From: an archaeon
GTDB taxonomy: Archaea > Iainarchaeota > Iainarchaeia > Iainarchaeales > 1-14-0-10-31-34
Assembly (NCBI GenBank): GCA_043815885.1
Contig: JBDRIL010000026.1
Coordinates: 1 to 46,233 of the forward strand
Direction of reading: 5' to 3'
DNA length: 46,233 nucleotides
Part shown: positions 1 through 9,574 of the stretch, in pieces
Layout of the letters: the number at the start of each line of letters is the position of its first letter
Position numbering within the stretch: position 1 is the first letter of the stretch
Made by a program: the position numbers and the translations under genes
Notes under the pieces: model-generated
What the model saw: the letters and a program-made list of their open reading frames with translations, nothing else
The model's database searches: none
Told to the model about the DNA's origin: nothing

Positions 1-275
1 GCCCTGCTTTTGCTTGAGAGCTTGTTTCCTCTCAAATCAGTTCCTCTCCTGTCAATCATTGTAACTAAACCCTTATTCAGTTTAACATACTTCATTGGAG
101 ATCCAGTTCTTGCTCTTTCCTCAAACTGGTCTGAATCAAAGCTTCTCCATTCCTTTCCCATATCAATTGCGTCCTGCTCCATTATCAGTCCGCAGTTCTT
201 GCAGACCAATTCTCCTTTCTCGCTGTCCATTACAACCTTTTTGCTCTTGCACTCAGGACAAACCATCTTACCCAT
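1..275 (-). CDS. tfb: Transcription initiation factor IIB, N-terminal part (runs off the window edge)
   Basis: Manual translation from ATG at 275: MGKMVCPECKSKKVVMDSEKGELVCKNCGLIMEQDAIDMGKEWRSFDSDQFEERARTGSP, i.e. Zn ribbon plus EWRxF B-reader; GGAGG RBS upstream. Not in the ORF track. Confidence 0.95.
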   Translation of the reverse strand, partial: MGKMVCPECKSKKVVMDSEKGELVCKNCGLIMEQDAIDMGKEWRSFDSDQFEERARTGSPMKYVKLNKGLVTMIDRRGTDLRGNKLSSKSR

Positions 276-418
276 AATAATTTCCTCCCTCTAATCTCGC
301 GTAAACCAAAAAATCAATTCTCTTTTGCAATAAAACACCAATTAAATTCGTCTAAGTTCAGAAAATTCAAAACAAAAATAAGAAACCATCACTATAATAA
401 ATGCTGTTTAAGTTATAT

Positions 419-991
419 TTAACCCTTTTCTTTTTCTTCTTTGGGTTCATTACTAGAAACAGGCACTTCAGGCTCGTCTAAAGGTTTTTCCTCGATTTCA
501 GGTCCTTCTAAAGGTTTTTCCTTGATTTCAGGTTTAGTTGGATGTTTTTTCTCTAGCCTGGGCTTTTTTTGCTTTTTTTCAGTCCATTCCACTGTCTTTG
601 CATTAACAATTCCATCTTGACCAGGACGGGAGGTAACCATTGCAGTCTTATTTCCTTCTTTTAATTCAACTTCAATAATGCTTCCCTTTGTAATAATGTT
701 TCTTCTAGCGAACTGTATATTTGAAGGAGTTTCTAAAACCGTCAGAATCTTTGCCTTCAGTACTTTTCCCTTTTCCTTATCAAATAAATTAGCATAAGTG
801 GCTTTCTTTAACTTTACTTTTACACTGCTTCCTCTCTTTCTCTCAACTACTCTTTCCTCGTCCTTTCCCACTACTAGCTTGGTTGAAGAAAAGACTCCTC
901 CTTTCCATGCAAGCTTTTTATTGCATCTCCTTGGAGTGTTTCTTCTTCCTCCGGAACTCTTTTTTCTGGATTTTGTATGCCATTCAACCAT
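419..991 (-). CDS. rps8e: 30S ribosomal protein S8e with a charged C-terminal extension
   Basis: SRKKSSGGRR, RRNIITKGSIIE and VTSRPGQDGIVNA motifs of eS8. Confidence 0.95.
   Translation of the reverse strand: MVEWHTKSRKKSSGGRRNTPRRCNKKLAWKGGVFSSTKLVVGKDEERVVERKRGSSVKVKLKKATYANLFDKEKGKVLKAKILTVLETPSNIQFARRNIITKGSIIEVELKEGNKTAMVTSRPGQDGIVNAKTVEWTEKKQKKPRLEKKHPTKPEIKEKPLEGPEIEEKPLDEPEVPVSSNEPKEEKEKG
477..533. repeat. Tandem repeat with 30-nt period inside the S8e tail (PEIxEKPLxx)
   Basis: tctaaaggtttttcct(c/t)gatttcaggt at 477-503 and 507-533. Confidence 0.85.
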
Positions 992-1142
992 TTACTCACC
1001 TTTCAATCAAGCTTTTAAAAACCTTTAACCAATTATATATTTCTATGAATAAAGATAAAATTAAAGTAATAATTATTACTGATTCTATGCATGAAATTAT
1101 TAAAAAGCTATTGCATTCAAGCAAAGTAGGGGTAGAGAGCCA

Positions 1143-2555
1143 ATGAAAAAGGTTTATTTGGCCTTATTATTGATTCTGTTGCTTGGATTTGCTTTAAGGT
1201 CACATAATGTATTGCTTGAATCCTACGGAGAACCTGATTCACACTTTCACATAAGGCTTTCAGAGACACTGAAAGAAGAAAAAGCAATTCCTGAAAGAGA
1301 TGAATTCTCGAATCAGGGGAGGTTCTACTCCTATCCTCCAATGTATCACCTGAGTTATGCAATTCTTTCAATCCTTTCCTTTATTGATGTAGAATTTCTT
1401 GCAAGAATTTATCCCATTCTTTATGGATTGATTGGAGTGCTTGCAGTGTTTCTCTTTGCAAGAAAGTTATTCAATACAAGGATTGCATTATTTTCAGCTT
1501 TTTTTCTTTCAACAATGGCTTACCACCTGATGAGGACAAGCGCTGAATCTCGTCCGGATGGTTTGGCATTGCTTATCATTCCTTTCATTATCTATCTGCT
1601 TTACTGCAAGAGATTCAAATTAGCCGCAGTAATTTCAGTATTTCAGATACTGCTTCACCCTCTCTCCACGATGTATTTGAGTTTTTTTCTTATTCTGTGG
1701 ATTTTTGTCTTTAAGGTAATGAGAAAACCAATTGAAGCAAAGAAAATATTCATGGTAATCGAATTAATAGTAATAGTATTTCTTTTGTGGGTGATGTCTC
1801 TCCCTTACCCTGCCACTGACTATGTCTCAAATGTTTCTTTTGAATCCAGTGAAATGCAGAAACCATTAATGATGGAATTCTTTACCCTGTTTTCCATTGC
1901 ATGGGCATTCATGATGATTGGATTAATGCAGTCAAAGAAAAAACTCTTCCTGCTCTTGTGGTTTGGTTTTTCCTTTGTCTATGCAATGTTCGGTGCAAGG
2001 CTAGGGATATTTGTTTCATTTCCTGCAGCAATACTTGCAGGAGCAGGATTTGATTTCATTCTGGAAAAAGTAAAGGACTACAAAAAGATTTTTTATTTCC
2101 TTGTGTTATTGCTCTGCCTTATTGCACTGGTGCCGGGAACACAAAACAATTACAGGCTATTGAACGAAAAAGAAATTACTTCAATGTCATGGCTGAAAGA
2201 ATTCACTCACCCTGACTCGAATATTATGAGTGTCTGGGACAGAGGACATCCCCTCACGAGAATCGCCGAAAGAAAAGTCATAATGGACGGCTACTTTGAA
2301 TTCGCTTCAGACCTTGCCGGAAGAAACAAGGCAATGAAGGAACTTGTTTCAACTGCTGACTGCTCAAACATTTATGACAATATTCATTCCTTCAATATTA
2401 ATTACTTTTATCTTTACTCTAAAGCGCTGCATTCAAGAGAATTCCTTTTAGGAGTGCTTGAAGCAAAAGAATGTTATTTAATGAATTCAGTCTTTGAAAA
2501 CGACGGAAGCAAAATAATCCAATACGACTTGAAAAGTATTTATATAGATGAATAA
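1143..2555 (+). CDS. AglB/STT3-like GT-C membrane glycosyltransferase, short form
   Basis: Multi-TM; N-terminal EPDSHFHIR and YPPMYH; C-terminal soluble domain with IMSVWDRGH at the position of WWDYG. Confidence 0.7.
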   Translation: MKKVYLALLLILLLGFALRSHNVLLESYGEPDSHFHIRLSETLKEEKAIPERDEFSNQGRFYSYPPMYHLSYAILSILSFIDVEFLARIYPILYGLIGVLAVFLFARKLFNTRIALFSAFFLSTMAYHLMRTSAESRPDGLALLIIPFIIYLLYCKRFKLAAVISVFQILLHPLSTMYLSFFLILWIFVFKVMRKPIEAKKIFMVIELIVIVFLLWVMSLPYPATDYVSNVSFESSEMQKPLMMEFFTLFSIAWAFMMIGLMQSKKKLFLLLWFGFSFVYAMFGARLGIFVSFPAAILAGAGFDFILEKVKDYKKIFYFLVLLLCLIALVPGTQNNYRLLNEKEITSMSWLKEFTHPDSNIMSVWDRGHPLTRIAERKVIMDGYFEFASDLAGRNKAMKELVSTADCSNIYDNIHSFNINYFYLYSKALHSREFLLGVLEAKECYLMNSVFENDGSKIIQYDLKSIYIDE

Positions 2556-2556
2556 T

Positions 2557-2603
2557 TTTTAATGTAGAATTGGTTTTTCTTGAATTAATTTTAATGTAGA
2601 ATT
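2557..2603. repeat. 15-bp direct repeat upstream of ftsZ copy A (possible operator)
   Basis: ttttaatgtagaatt at 2557-2571 and 2589-2603. Confidence 0.6.
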
Positions 2604-2681
2604 CATTACTTATAAGTTTATAATTACTTTGATGGGAAATTTTTTTATGGAAGATAACTTTTTTTGGCGGGGGGGAAATAA

Positions 2682-3752
2682 ATGAAGAGTTTGATTGAAG
2701 ACAGCATGTCTGCGAGAAGGGTTTCTAATGAAAATGAGAGGTTGGAGGAATTTGGTGCTCCAAAGATAATGGTTATTGGAGTTGGTGGAGCCGGATGCAA
2801 TGCAATGAATCGTTTGGCTAACATGGGTGTTGGAGGAGCACAATTAGTTGCAGTGAATACAGACAAACAGCATTTAGCAATAATTAATGATGAAATAACC
2901 AAGATATTGATTGGAAAGAGTGTTACAAGAGGGCTTGGAGCAGGAGGCTATCCTGACGTTGGATTAAAAGCAGCAGAGGTTTCAAGACAGGCACTCGAAG
3001 AAGTTTTAAGCGGGGTAGATATGCTGTTTCTTTCTGCTGGAATGGGCGGAGGAACAGGAACAGGCGCCAGCCCAGTGATAGCACAAATAGCAAAAGAACA
3101 AGGCGCGATAGTAATTGGAATGGTAACCTATCCATTTGCATTAGAGAGGTCAAGAATAGAGAAAGCAGAAGATGGATTAACTAATTTAACAAATATATGC
3201 GATACAGTAATAGTTGTTGACAACAACAGGTTGGTGGAATTAGTTCCTAATCTCCCAGTACAGGATGCATTCAAGGTTGCAGACGAAGTAATTGCTAGAG
3301 CAGTAAGAGGAATAACTGAAACAATCACTCAGCCCTCAATGATTAACCTGGACTTTGCTGATGTAAGGTCAGTGATGGGAGGAAAAGGCTTAAGCGTTAT
3401 TTCTGTTGGAGAAAGTTCCTCTGTCAATAAAGTGGAAGAAGCAGTAAATGATACCTTAAAGAATTCATTACTGGATGTAGACATTTCTGGAGCTTCTGGA
3501 GTACTGATTCACATCAGCGGTGGAATGGAATTAACCTTGGGAGAAGCAAATGCAATCGGAGAAAAACTAACAGAACAGATTGACCCAAAAGCAATAGTAA
3601 TCTGGGGGGCAAGAGTTGATCCAACCTATTCAAACAAAATAGAAGTAATCGCAATCTTCACTGGAGTGCATTCACCTCACATCAAAGGCTCAAAAGAAAG
3701 AGATTGGGTTCCAAAAAAAGCCAAATCCGAGTTCGGGCTGAAGAGCGTTTAA
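2682..3752 (+). CDS. ftsZ: Cell division GTPase FtsZ, copy A
   Basis: [17 protein letters not shown] signature, INLDFAD T7 loop. Confidence 0.98.
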   Translation: MKSLIEDSMSARRVSNENERLEEFGAPKIMVIGVGGAGCNAMNRLANMGVGGAQLVAVNTDKQHLAIINDEITKILIGKSVTRGLGAGGYPDVGLKAAEVSRQALEEVLSGVDMLFLSAGMGGGTGTGASPVIAQIAKEQGAIVIGMVTYPFALERSRIEKAEDGLTNLTNICDTVIVVDNNRLVELVPNLPVQDAFKVADEVIARAVRGITETITQPSMINLDFADVRSVMGGKGLSVISVGESSSVNKVEEAVNDTLKNSLLDVDISGASGVLIHISGGMELTLGEANAIGEKLTEQIDPKAIVIWGARVDPTYSNKIEVIAIFTGVHSPHIKGSKERDWVPKKAKSEFGLKSV

Positions 3753-3776
3753 GTAACTCTTCATTTTTTTTCTTTT

Positions 3777-4139
3777 TTATTCAATTATCTTCAGAACTAA
3801 TTCTTTTGAGATCGTTCCAAGCAGGTAATCATAATTATTGAAGTGGTCGTGTACAGTGATCTTTCCTGAGTAAACACCGGCTTCTGCATAATTCATTGAA
3901 TAAATGGAGTAAATTATTTTCTTGGTTTCTCCTGGAGAGATACTTTTTATCTTTTTTTCATCTGTTTTGTTCAATCCGGTTTTGTCCAATGCAAATACTG
4001 ATGGAAGTTTAACTGAAAGAGAAACCATTTTTGCTTTGTTGGTTTCATTCTTTAATTCAATGGTTAACTCCATTGGATTCTTTTCATTCAACCTCGTTCT
4101 GTAAGGAAAAAGAGTAGTGTTTAAATTCAATCCAGCCAA
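3777..4139 (-). CDS. Hypothetical protein, probable Ig-like/CARDB-type beta sandwich
   Basis: Beta-strand pattern ELTIELKN..ISPGETKKIIYSI..GVYSGKITV; G-rich RBS before the TTG. Confidence 0.6.
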   Translation of the reverse strand: MAGLNLNTTLFPYRTRLNEKNPMELTIELKNETNKAKMVSLSVKLPSVFALDKTGLNKTDEKKIKSISPGETKKIIYSIYSMNYAEAGVYSGKITVHDHFNNYDYLLGTISKELVLKIIE

Positions 4140-4220
4140 AATAAATTCCCCCTAAAGACAAAGTCAATAATTAATAGTGCATAAAAAGAGAATATAAATC
4201 AATATTATCAGTATACATAA

Positions 4221-4526
4221 TTAATTCTTCTTTCTGGCTTGATAAGAAATTGGAGAAGTCGCTCTATTTCTTCTTTCTTTATTTACTGCATTCTCAACAA
4301 ATCTTTCTATTCGTCTTGCAATCTCTTTTCTGGAAGGCCCAAAACTGCTTTTGGCTACATTAAGAACCAATCTTACTTGTTCAGCAGGAGGCAATTTAGG
4401 ATTAAACTGAACAGTAGCAGAAGCCCAGGACCTTAAAGCAGATTGTTGTTCAGAGGACACACTAAATGTTTTTGGCATTGCCCTAAAACTCCTTGCTTTT
4501 GTCGTTCCACTTGCTTTTCTATTCAT
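4221..4526 (-). CDS. Basic orphan protein
   Basis: ATG overlaps the hef stop codon (ATGA); K/R-rich; no family recognised. Confidence 0.6.
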   Translation of the reverse strand: MNRKASGTTKARSFRAMPKTFSVSSEQQSALRSWASATVQFNPKLPPAEQVRLVLNVAKSSFGPSRKEIARRIERFVENAVNKERRNRATSPISYQARKKN

Positions 4527-6799
4527 TTTTCTTCACTGTATTTTGCTTCAATTATTTTTCTTATTTCTTTGGCTTTCTTTTCCCCAAGCATTTCCGTCTT
4601 CTTTAATTCGTCTTCTTTTGCAGTGAATATTTTTTCTACTGAACCAAAATTATTTAACAGGTTTCTTGCAAGCACTGGTCCGACAGAAGGAAGGCTTTCA
4701 ACAATGAATTTCTGTAATTCCTGCTGATTCAGCCCTTTTCTTCCAATCCTCAGCTTGATGTCCCTGTATTTTCCCAGCTGTTCCCTTTTTGCAGTGAGGT
4801 AGAGAAATGAAACTGTTTCCTCTAAATCCTTGGTGAAGAGGATTGGAGTCCTATAATCCAGTGCAATTGCTGTAAGGCAGCCCTTAATGGCGTTTTCATG
4901 TATATTTCTTAAACTGTATAGTTTTTCCTGGTCGCCTTCAATCAAAAGCAATGGCTTATCATAATTAGCGCTCATGTCAATCAATTGATTGAACAGCCTT
5001 CCATCAATCATTGATTGCAGGAAGTCTTCAACTGTTTTTCTCTCCACTATTACCTGGTCGCTTAAAACATAGTCCCCTACCTCCAATTGTTTTACCCTTA
5101 CAAAAACATTTTCTTTTCTGGAAAGCTCTCTTGAAACATTTGATGCTTCTTCCCTTGAATCAACATAAATAACTATCTTGTCCTTTGCCTCATCATTAAA
5201 ACTCGTTAAGGTAGTCTGTGAATCCATTTTTCTTTCCTTTAATTCATCTTTTTGCTTCATTGCATAAAGTGTATTCTTCATTTTTCTTTCCTTTGCAATT
5301 GCACTCCAGTAAAATCCTTCATCGCTTGTGCCTTTTGCCATCAATATTACTGCTCTTCCTTTGCTTAATCTTCCTGTACGGCCTCTTCTCTGAATAGAAC
5401 GGATTTCTGATGGAACTGCTTCAAAGAAAACAACCAAATCCACCTCCGGAATGTCCAGACCCTCTTCTCCAACAGAAGTGGATATTATTGTATTGTATTT
5501 TCCTTCCTTTAAGTCATTTATTACTTCAACCTGTTCTTTCTGGCTCATTCCCTTGTCTCTCTGCTTCGTTGCCTGCCCGATAAATTTCTTTGCCTTAATA
5601 AAGGAAAATTCATTCAAGTAATTCTCCAGAAATTTAGCTGAATCCCTGTAATGATTGAATACAATTACCCTGCTTTCAGGATTCCTCCTGAATTGTTCTT
5701 CCAGTAATTCAATTAATTTCCCCACTTTTGGATGGACGACTTTTGATTCAAATAACTGGTTGGTTAAATTAATGGCTTTAATTATCTCATCCCTGTTTAA
5801 AATAAATTTAAGGGATTTAGGGGCAGTAGGGGAAGCTTTTTTTTCATTCATTTTATCAAAGTATGCATGCAGAGAGGGAATCCCCTGTGTTTCCAGGAGA
5901 AGTTCTGCATGGGCAATCTTCAGGATAGAGGCGCACTTCAATGCAGCCTGGTATAATGCGGGAAATCGTTCTCCTTTACTTTTTACATCCTTTATTATCC
6001 TTAACTGCAATTCAATTAACTGCTTTCTTCTCATTGCTCCTGCATTAATTCCTCTTGCATAACCTATCTTTTTCAGAAACTTTAATTGTTCCTGCATGAA
6101 GTTCCTCAATAATTTCTTTATTTCAAGGAATTCCTCCGGAAGCTGTACACTCAGCCACTCCATTTCAATTTCATGGGTATAGGGTTTTACGTCTTCATCT
6201 GTTTCAGATTTTATTTCCACATTCTTAATGAAGAGATTCTTCATTACATCCTTTATTCTTTCAACCCTTCCTCCAGGAGATGCAGTTAATCCAAGAATTA
6301 ATCCTTGCCTGCAATCCTTCACATATTTTTGTGCGAGAAAGACATAGGAATAATCCTTTACTGCCCTGTGGGCTTCATCAAAGATTATTACAGAAATGTC
6401 CTTTAGAGAGATTTTTCCCTTAATTAAATCGTTTTCAATTGATTGCGGTGTAGCGCTAATGATTGAAGCCTCCCTCCACAAAGGAATCCTTTTTTTCGAG
6501 GCAATGGTTCCAGTAAGAAGAATGATTTTTTCTTCAGGGATATTCATTAACTTCACAAATGTTTTATGGTGCTGTACTGCAAGAGGTTTAGTCGGAGAGA
6601 GCAATAAAATTTTTTTATTCTTTTCTTTTTCAAGCAGTTTGGCTGAAAGCATTACTGCAACAATTGTTTTTCCTAAAGCTGTTGGAGCAACAATCAATGA
6701 ATTTCCTTTATCCAGTACTCTTGCAACTAATACTTCCTGAAACAATCTGGATTCAATTAAGTTATCCTTAATCAATGGATGCCTTACAAAATCAGACAT
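4523..6799 (-). CDS. hef: Hef DEAH helicase / ERCC4 (XPF) nuclease
   Basis: PTALGKT, DEAH, QRRGRTGR helicase motifs; VDSRE, GDY, VERKT nuclease motifs; HhH tail. Confidence 0.97.
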   Translation of the reverse strand: MSDFVRHPLIKDNLIESRLFQEVLVARVLDKGNSLIVAPTALGKTIVAVMLSAKLLEKEKNKKILLLSPTKPLAVQHHKTFVKLMNIPEEKIILLTGTIASKKRIPLWREASIISATPQSIENDLIKGKISLKDISVIIFDEAHRAVKDYSYVFLAQKYVKDCRQGLILGLTASPGGRVERIKDVMKNLFIKNVEIKSETDEDVKPYTHEIEMEWLSVQLPEEFLEIKKLLRNFMQEQLKFLKKIGYARGINAGAMRRKQLIELQLRIIKDVKSKGERFPALYQAALKCASILKIAHAELLLETQGIPSLHAYFDKMNEKKASPTAPKSLKFILNRDEIIKAINLTNQLFESKVVHPKVGKLIELLEEQFRRNPESRVIVFNHYRDSAKFLENYLNEFSFIKAKKFIGQATKQRDKGMSQKEQVEVINDLKEGKYNTIISTSVGEEGLDIPEVDLVVFFEAVPSEIRSIQRRGRTGRLSKGRAVILMAKGTSDEGFYWSAIAKERKMKNTLYAMKQKDELKERKMDSQTTLTSFNDEAKDKIVIYVDSREEASNVSRELSRKENVFVRVKQLEVGDYVLSDQVIVERKTVEDFLQSMIDGRLFNQLIDMSANYDKPLLLIEGDQEKLYSLRNIHENAIKGCLTAIALDYRTPILFTKDLEETVSFLYLTAKREQLGKYRDIKLRIGRKGLNQQELQKFIVESLPSVGPVLARNLLNNFGSVEKIFTAKEDELKKTEMLGEKKAKEIRKIIEAKYSEEK

Positions 6800-6923
6800 A
6801 GTAAAAGAATTAGCTGGAATGGGATTAAAAAAATAAGCCCTAAAGGCAAAAAAAGCCCTTTTGAACCGAAATTCTTATTAAGGAGTTCAATTTAATCTTA
6901 TTATCTTAAACGGAGGAAATAAA

Positions 6924-7127
6924 ATGAGCGAATTACCTTTGGCTGCACTTCACAGAATGATAAAGAAATCAACTGGTTTAAGAGTGAGTGATGACGCAGC
7001 AAAACAATTAGGAGAAATGCTTGAAGCAGACGGAGAAAAGATTGCAAGAAATGCAGCTGACTTAGCAAAACACGCTAAAAGAAAAACCATTGTAGCAGGA
7101 GACATCAGGCTGGCAGCAAAAAAATAG
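6924..7127 (+). CDS. Archaeal histone (HMf family)
   Basis: ELPLAA..R, RVSDDA, HAKRKTI..DI histone-fold motifs; GGAGG RBS. Confidence 0.96.
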   Translation: MSELPLAALHRMIKKSTGLRVSDDAAKQLGEMLEADGEKIARNAADLAKHAKRKTIVAGDIRLAAKK

Positions 7128-7129
7128 AA

Positions 7130-7711
7130 TTACTTCTTGAAGGTTTTTTCCAGTACAAGCATTACTATTTCTGCCACTTCTTCTTCATTCAAATAGTCAG
7201 TGTTTAAGATTAAATCAAATTCCTGCAAATCCTTTCCCAGACTGAATCCATAAAGCTTTTTGTATATTTTTGAATCAATTTCATCTCTTTCCCTCAGCTT
7301 ATTCATGCATTCCCCTTTCTTTAAGGCGTCTCTACAAGAAACCCTTTCATCCCTGTTTTCTGCAGAAGCCTTGAGCCATATCTTGAATCCTTTCTTGGAG
7401 AGGTTTCCCATTGTCTTGGAATCCAAAGCAACATTTCCTTCCTCAATTATCTTCAATAACTCTTCATCCAATACCTTGTCAATTGAATTATCCTTTTCCC
7501 TTTTTTTCAGGTATTCTCCTGCTTCCCTGCTTTCCCACCAGTCCTTCTCCTTATTTACTTCATTCTTTTTCCTTACTTCTTCCATTGACTTATTCCTTAA
7601 TTCCTTCAGGATGGCAGAAGCAGAAACATATTTTAGATTAAATCGTTCAGCAATCTTTCTAGCCAAAGTGCTCTTTCCTGTGCCGGCAAAACCAGAAACA
7701 ATCACAATCAT
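7130..7711 (-). CDS. cmk: Cytidylate kinase, archaeal type
   Basis: IIVSGFAGTGKST P-loop, KIWLKAS, YKKLYG, FDLILNT. Confidence 0.88.
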   Translation of the reverse strand: MIVIVSGFAGTGKSTLARKIAERFNLKYVSASAILKELRNKSMEEVRKKNEVNKEKDWWESREAGEYLKKREKDNSIDKVLDEELLKIIEEGNVALDSKTMGNLSKKGFKIWLKASAENRDERVSCRDALKKGECMNKLRERDEIDSKIYKKLYGFSLGKDLQEFDLILNTDYLNEEEVAEIVMLVLEKTFKK

Positions 7712-7762
7712 ATTAGTAAGACTCTCTACAAGTAAATTAATTTAAATAGCTTTGAAAAACAG

Positions 7763-8245
7763 TTATTTTCTCTTTAATTCTTCATCGTCTTTGGATATTT
7801 TTCTTAGGTTTTTTTGCTGTAAGTCCTTTACTTTTTTCTTTAAATCGTCATTATACTGAGCTAAAATCTTTACTGCCATCAGCGCGGCTGATTCCGGCTC
7901 AAGGATTACTGCAGGAGCAATTCCTGAAGGCATTCTGAGAGAAGAAAAAATATCTATTTTATGCAGTTCCTTTGAAATATTCGGGCAAGTGATTACTGGA
8001 TTGCTTGAATTTCCGTCAATCACCCCAACCAATGCATTGCTTCTTCCCGCAACAGCAATATACACTACTTTTCTGTTCTTTGAATCATACTCGTCAATCA
8101 TTTGAAGAAGGTATGGAGTGGATTTATGCGCTGAAGCAATCCTCAATTCAACCTGAACGCCTAATGCCTCTGCGGCTTCCTTTACCTTTAAGCCTAATTC
8201 TTCATCGCTCTTTGAACCCATTACAATTACAATCAATTCATTCAC
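7763..8245 (-). CDS. purE: AIR carboxylase / N5-CAIR mutase
   Basis: MGSKSD, SAHK, AGRSNAL, SSLRMPSG. Confidence 0.95.
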   Translation of the reverse strand: MNELIVIVMGSKSDEELGLKVKEAAEALGVQVELRIASAHKSTPYLLQMIDEYDSKNRKVVYIAVAGRSNALVGVIDGNSSNPVITCPNISKELHKIDIFSSLRMPSGIAPAVILEPESAALMAVKILAQYNDDLKKKVKDLQQKNLRKISKDDEELKRK

Positions 8246-8247
8246 TT

Positions 8248-8604
8248 TTATCCACCTCTTCCTTCAAATGCAATTTCAATAATTTTTTTCTTTAACTCTA
8301 GGTCTTTTACTGGCTCTGTTCCAACTTTAAGAAAGGGAGCTGCGCTTTTAACAGAAGTTGCTATTTTCTCTCCCTTACTATTAATTCTTATTTTGACTAT
8401 ATGGTCCCCCCTGTAAGAAACCTTTTGCGTCATCTCAATTGAATTTCGGGTTGTCCTATTAGAAGGATTCCAACGAAATCCTAAAGATTCATGTGTTTTT
8501 ATAATTTCGCCAAAGTGGGCGTTTACATAGTTCATAGGTAAGCCCTTTTCCCTTTTACGATTTCTATTGCCCTTTTTTATTCCCCCTGTCCTCCTTATAG
8601 GCAT
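8248..8604 (-). CDS. Basic orphan protein inside the pur operon
   Basis: Fills the purC-purE gap with 1-2 nt spacing; N-terminus MPIRRTGGIKKGNRNRKR. Confidence 0.65.
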   Translation of the reverse strand: MPIRRTGGIKKGNRNRKREKGLPMNYVNAHFGEIIKTHESLGFRWNPSNRTTRNSIEMTQKVSYRGDHIVKIRINSKGEKIATSVKSAAPFLKVGTEPVKDLELKKKIIEIAFEGRGG

Positions 8605-8605
8605 A

Positions 8606-9562
8606 TTATTTCCCCAAGACTTCTTTGTAGGAATGAACTACTTCTTCAATTGAAGGAGTTTCTTTCCAGAATTCTTTTTCGCACCAGGCAACTGTAACTG
8701 ATTTATACATATTACCCACGATATCAATTAATTCTTTTGGCAGTAAAGGAGGTTTGGGCCATTTTTCCTCTGGAAGTTCCTGTTTGGCAGTCTCGAATTC
8801 CTTTGCCCAGGGAGTAGTAAAGTAATAGTCTCTAAGCACTTGTTTGCTTACATTGACTGAATTAAAGAGCATCCTGTTTTCGTCCAGTGTACCGCATACA
8901 TCCACCAGAATTAATTCTCTTTCTGGATTCATTCCGAATTCCACTTTTCCGTCTGCATGAATCAATCCAACACTCTCAGCTTTTTCTGTAATGAAGTCAT
9001 TAATCAGGGAAGTCTTTTCCTTTAATTCATTTAATTCTTTATCGCTCAAGCAGGAAATCTTTTGGGCTTCACTCCAATCCAGGTATCTGTCACTTTTCTC
9101 GAGCTTAGTGCTTACATCAATTAATGGCTTGGAGAGTTTTTCTCCTGCTTTTGGAATTTCGCTCAGACCCAAATCTTCTGGAGTAATTTCTCCTTTCTCC
9201 AGTCTCTTGAATACAGAGCTTCCTCTAGGCAAAGAATTCCTGAAAATGATTTCCAGTGGAACAAGGTAATTAGAAGAAGTTTCTTTCAATTCATTTTTTT
9301 GAGGATAAAGAACTTGAACCAGATTTACTTCCATTTCGTTTCCGCTCAATAGTTTCCTGAAATGGCTCTTTACTCTTTTTTTGGCTAATTCCTCGAAATT
9401 GAATGCAGCCATCCTGCATAAGGCTTCCCCTTTTCCTGGAATCCTATCAGGCATTTTTCCGTAATCAAATACACTGTAGTCATCAGTAAACTTAAATACC
9501 CCTAAACCGAATTTAGTTGGAGATGCTTTTTGTTTTACAATTAAATCCTTTACTGAACCCAT
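8606..9562 (-). CDS. purC: SAICAR synthetase
   Basis: GSVKD, YSVFD, STKLE, DGKVEFG, TLDENR, SKQVLRD. Confidence 0.96.
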   Translation of the reverse strand: MGSVKDLIVKQKASPTKFGLGVFKFTDDYSVFDYGKMPDRIPGKGEALCRMAAFNFEELAKKRVKSHFRKLLSGNEMEVNLVQVLYPQKNELKETSSNYLVPLEIIFRNSLPRGSSVFKRLEKGEITPEDLGLSEIPKAGEKLSKPLIDVSTKLEKSDRYLDWSEAQKISCLSDKELNELKEKTSLINDFITEKAESVGLIHADGKVEFGMNPERELILVDVCGTLDENRMLFNSVNVSKQVLRDYYFTTPWAKEFETAKQELPEEKWPKPPLLPKELIDIVGNMYKSVTVAWCEKEFWKETPSIEEVVHSYKEVLGK

Positions 9563-9574
9563 TCTCCCACCAAA

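Noticed and set aside
10..294. Plus-strand ORFs at 10-294 and 95-277
   Set aside because: Antisense shadows of tfb on the minus strand.
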